From NCBI GenBank assembly GCA_963920595.1, contig OY986949.1, positions 3,038,001-3,102,000 of the forward strand: 64,000 bases of DNA. The letters are read 5' to 3'. Of this stretch, positions 59,701-64,000 are shown one piece after another (positions within the stretch are counted from its first letter, which is position 1; the number at the start of each line of letters is the position of its first letter). This stretch comes from Eimeria praecox. Its lineage: Eukaryota. A model generated the notes under the pieces. That model was not told where the DNA came from and searched no databases. It saw only the letters and a program-made list of their open reading frames with translations. Made by a program: the position numbers and the translations under genes.

Positions 59701-62700
59701 TTTCTCTCTCCTTTTCGAAGGCTGCGCAGGCGACTCTGCAGCAATAAGACTAGAGCCCTTAAGAAGGCAGTAAATAAGACGGGCCTGCGCTGGAGGCGGA
59801 GAGAGTCTTCAGCAATAGCTTCGTAGGCCGGCGTCCTTGCCTTTTCTGGAGGACTTGTTGCCCTTCTAGTTAATGGCTTAGCAGAATCCTGTTTCTGCTC
59901 ACCCGCTGCTGTAGATGCTGCATCTGCTGATGCGACTGGGGCTTCGCCTGTTGCTTCGTATGGTGCTGCAGGTGGCGCTGTGGAGGGAGCTGCTGCAAGC
60001 GCTGCATCTGAGGAACGTCGCGTGAGCTCGCTTAATCGGCGGTCTGTGCTTTGGGCGCTGCGTCTCCTTTCTGCCTCAATAATCGTCAATGTTGCCGGTG
60101 TCCCGCCAGAAAGACGGCGAGCTCGTTGAAAGTTTTCATCGCTTCCTGAACTAAGTAGGAGCTTTCAAAAAAGCAAGCAAAACAGGAAATTTTCAGCTCA
60201 AAATGACGTCTTCTACATACACACAACATCCAGACAGTATATTGAACACCGAACGCGCACCAATATTGGGCAAGCTCAACAGAGAGTTCAACGGCCCATA
60301 AACTTGAAATACCTTTGCTGTCTCATAAAGAGAGGAAGAAGTACTTAAAAGGTCCGCGTCAAAGGCAAGACACCTGAGGCGCCGATAGTATAGAAGGTGG
60401 CAGAAACAGTCTCAGACAGGGGCATCTACGATTGGTGGAGGCTCAACCTGTGGGGAGGTCAACCCTGAGAAGGGCTCCATGCACTTAGAATTAAGGCTGT
60501 CTGAATTCGCGCTTGAATGCATGCATGCTTCATACGAACTGGGTTCATGCGCCTACCAGAATTGTGCACAAGAGAGCACGTATGGGTCGCTGTGCGGCAT
60601 TGGCGCCAAGCGACGATAGGTGCCGTATACGCGGCGGAGGATGCACACGTTCCTGCAGGGAAGGGTATTCAACAGGAGACTCCGACTACTAATGTTTGCA
60701 GAACTAATCTACAGGTGCTAATGTCCATTATGGACACGTCTTCTGCTGTTTGCTGTTTGCTGTAGTGGGCCTTACAGGTCTGACAACCCCTGAAATGGTG
60801 TGAAAGGATGCTGGGAAACTGAATCAGCTCAGATCATAAACTTGCAGTTACCTCAGCATAGTCTGGTAGACACTTCTTATTGTTCTTGCAGCGAGACGCT
60901 CGCATGCAGGGGCTTGAGTCCAAAGGTTCGGCCCGTTGTACGCTTCCAGATGCCTGTAGACCTCGACCTGCTGCGCAGTGGACAGGTCGACAAGAGCTCG
61001 TACAGGATCATCAAGAATACTAGGCGGAGCTTCCGCCATCCGGTCGTAAACAAATAGACCTGAAAGTGCAATTGGACCTTGAGCAAAGATTTTCATTGAA
61101 GCGCTTTTTCTTGGGATTAAAAAGGAAGTCATGAGGTTTTCATGGGCAAAAGACTGAGCTAGAAACTTTAGGGTTTTGCTGTATCATGGTTTACCTTCAT
61201 AAATGGCTCCTGTCTCGGATTTGAATGTGCCGAATCCATGCTTTTGGTCAGCTACCCACGACCCTTCATATCGGGCGCCGTTAGAGTAGCTGAACGCTCC
61301 AACACCTTCTCTACGCCCGTTCTGTTTTGCAGTGGACACAGAAAATGGTATTCGGTTGTGTTAAAAGGTTAACCTAAGGGCCATATCGAGGTTTGGAGCG
61401 TGGTTGTGCGGAAGAATGTGTGGGAATGCCTCTATTGGTTGTACTTTAGCAGCAGCGAGTGCTAGGTTCCTGTCCAGCAGCTATGTAGCAGCTAGAGAGA
61501 TTGGTCCTTACTTGGAATTGCCCTTCGTATTGGTTTTGCTGAAGATTGCGCCCGACGGTCCCTGCTCTCATCAGCAGCATGCAAACATTTCAAAGAACGG
61601 ACAAGTAATTCATTTCATTTCTGTGCACCCGCTTTAAAATGTATGGCAATAAGACTATGGGGTCCTACAGGATCCTCCACCGTCGACGTCAGGAGTTTCG
61701 ATCCACGTTTGGCGGCCCCAACCTGACACACTACCCCGCTTCCACTCTCCTGCAAATGCAGCGGACGGCACTACGATATAACTGAAGGCTGAAATGCAGG
61801 GGTTGCAGTGCGTCATTTTCCGAGGTGCATTTCCCCAGCATTCAGGTAGACGGTGATATGTTAGCATTTTTTATAAGAATCCAAATTGCCGTTTCATGCA
61901 GCTCGTCCTTTGTAGTTTGTTATCTAGCAGAGCGATGGACTAATGCCTGAGTGGAGAAGTAACGTATTGCATTGGGGAACAACGGTTGGTGTTAAGCGTC
62001 CCTCACCAACATACTGCACTGAAGGCTCCTTCCAAATCATCAGCCCCTGCCCGTCTTGTAACCCATCCACCCACTGTCCTTCGTATCTGCTGCCGTCTGC
62101 ATAGACCTGTTCCCCGAATCCGTGGCGACGGCCCTCTACCCATTCGCCTGCATATTCCCAGCAGCCACGCGTCGGCAGTGTACGCTTCATGAGTAATGGC
62201 CTTTATGCACCGAACTCAAAAGCCGCCAGATGCTTTGCTGTGCACTTGCTGCCTGCTGTTGGGGAAGCGAACTTTCGGCGCTGGTCATTCTAAAACGGAC
62301 ATCGTGAGACAGATTTTTTTTTGTGTAGTTTGCAAAGTGTACGTGGCCCTCAAAGTGGGCCATTTCCGTGTCGTATGGCACTCCTACTTCGAACCTCATC
62401 TCTCGTGTCGTTCTATAAAAATGAAACCACTGCATCATTCCCTAACCAATGCACAACTAAACGACCCACGTGAGTTCATGCAAACCGTACCGCTATACTT
62501 GCTGCCGTCAGCGCTGGTCAGGACACCCCAGCCACTGCGCACCCCTTCGTACCATTCTCCCTCGTAGGTAAACTTCCTGACAAGACACCCCGGTGGTCTC
62601 AAGAGCAGGTTTGTGCTCTATAGGACTCAGGCCCTCATATTTAGGCATGCAGGTGCCTGTCAGGTGGAGCACCCAGCCTCCCGTAACCCATTTGCACTTT

Positions 62701-63884
62701 AATAAACCAGTCCGAACGCTTTCCGTCTATTTGCCAGCCTTACCCATCTGCCGAAGTGAAGGTGCCGATACCGTGACGCAGCCCTCGAGTAACCTGCCGC
62801 GACGATCAAAAGGACTGCAAACGAATTTCAACTGCGGCCGGAGGCAAGCAGAGAGGTGGCAAGATAGACTTGTCTCAGAGCTATCTGCATGCCGTTGTCA
62901 CCACAACATTTGTGTCCTGCCCCGAATTATTCTATGATGGGGTCATTTAAAGGCGACTTTGAACACCGGATGGGGCCGGCCCTTTGCAAAAAAGCGCGGT
63001 GAATCTTATTCATCTACACGCCCTATTATGGGTAGTGCTCTTATACGAACGGCAGCAGCAATATACAATGTTGTACCTTGCAAAATGTTGATTACCTGTC
63101 CTCTGTAAGTGGCGCCGCTGGGCCACTGGATTGAGGCATCCCCGCAAAGCCGCATCCGGCTGCAAAGCAGCCCAGTATACTTCGTACCATTTTCGAAGCA
63201 TACAGTAGCTGCTCACACAACAACAGCAGCCACAATAGGGCGCTGTTAAGCACCGATTCTAAAGACGGTTGGTCTGCCTTTGTAGCATCATAACTCCAGC
63301 GCCTCCATGCAGCAGCTTTACACTAAATGAAATAGGTCATATTCTGTTCCATCGGCAGTGACTAAGATAACGGCCTATAAAACTACACAGGCTTTGGTGG
63401 GATGGGTTTTCTTGCCTGGCCCAAGGACACTAAGTGCCCCTTGTTGACTGATGGTTAGGTTCCCCGAAAACAGGACAGAACCAAGGGGAACCTCCTGTAA
63501 ACTGAATGTGCCGATGTTAGCAGGTTCCTGGTATTGGCTAGAAACCACGCTGTCCTCTTCCCCTTCTAGGTGCGACGTAGATGCTGACGAGTCCGTATTT
63601 TCACCCTTTCTACCCTCCGGCGCGCCTTCTGCTGGTTCGCTGCTTACGAGCCATGGGTCCCCTATCACGTTCAGCTCCTCAGCGAGCCTGCGGATCACTT
63701 CCGGGTCTTGGGTGCAGTATGCAGCTGCCAAGAGATCACCAGCCGCCCTTCCAACAGCTTCGAAGGATTCTTTCTGAGTCGCAGCTGTCAGGGGCTCTGG
63801 AGTTGCAGCCACCGTTTCTGGCGAAGCTAATAGATCACCAGAAGGGCAAGCACTGAGCATTGCCTCCTTAGTGTCGCCCTCCAT
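56785..63884 (-). CDS. MORN-repeat protein, radial spoke head RSP10/RSPH10B-like
   Basis: Spliced exons 62793-62744, 62576-62491, 62147-62007, 61749-61681, 61561-61512, 61321-61195, 61059-60852, 60652-60557 give tandem MORN repeats (YEGEWYEGVRSGWG, YEGQWVDGLQDGQG, NQYEGQFQNGRREGVG, YEGSWVADQKHGFG) then LRRVYGTY...AQFW. It probably continues through the 60.1-59.0, 57.8-57.4 and 57.2-56.8 kb ORFs. The 5' exons (63884-62794) and the 59.0-57.8 kb structure are unresolved. Confidence 0.75.
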
Positions 63885-64000
63885 TGACTCCTAATGATTT
63901 TCTAGGGAGCTGCACAGCTTTTCGAGGGATCAGACCTGTCTGGTTTGGACCGGAGGTGTTCCTCGCTGCCTCCAAATCTACACAAACTCCCTTGCAGATT

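Larger units (their letters stand above)
47701..64000. other. Repeat-poor (P-type) chromosomal segment
   Basis: Complex sequence, short repeat-free introns, only one short CTG cluster (about 57505-57545) and no telomere-like arrays. Confidence 0.9.

Overview
Eukaryotic, intron-rich DNA typical of a coccidian apicomplexan, most likely Eimeria (inferred from pervasive CAG/CTG triplets, interstitial AAACCCT telomere-like heptamers and TGCATGCA octamers; species not determinable). Bases 1 to ~47,700 are repeat-rich and ~47,700 to 64,000 are repeat-poor, with an abrupt boundary. Manual splicing gave nine probable genes: a catalytically degenerate PPP-family pseudophosphatase (5' end outside the window), a 14-exon type II DnaJ/Hsp40, a 12-exon DMT-superfamily transporter, two low-complexity hypothetical genes (one a possible type I membrane protein with a TRAP-like tail), a 2,600-aa low-complexity ORF, a TRF4/PAPD5-like poly(A) polymerase, an NPC1/Patched-like sterol-sensing protein (NCR1-like) and an RSPH10B-like MORN protein. 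Most six-frame ORFs are microsatellite artefacts. The most notable signals are simple repeats supplying gene signals: telomere repeats giving splice donors and a stop codon, inverted telomere blocks around a GC-donor exon, stop-free 3n triplet introns, a GC-palindrome array before TRF4 and a dispersed palindromic motif. Exon models are by eye and no database searches were run.
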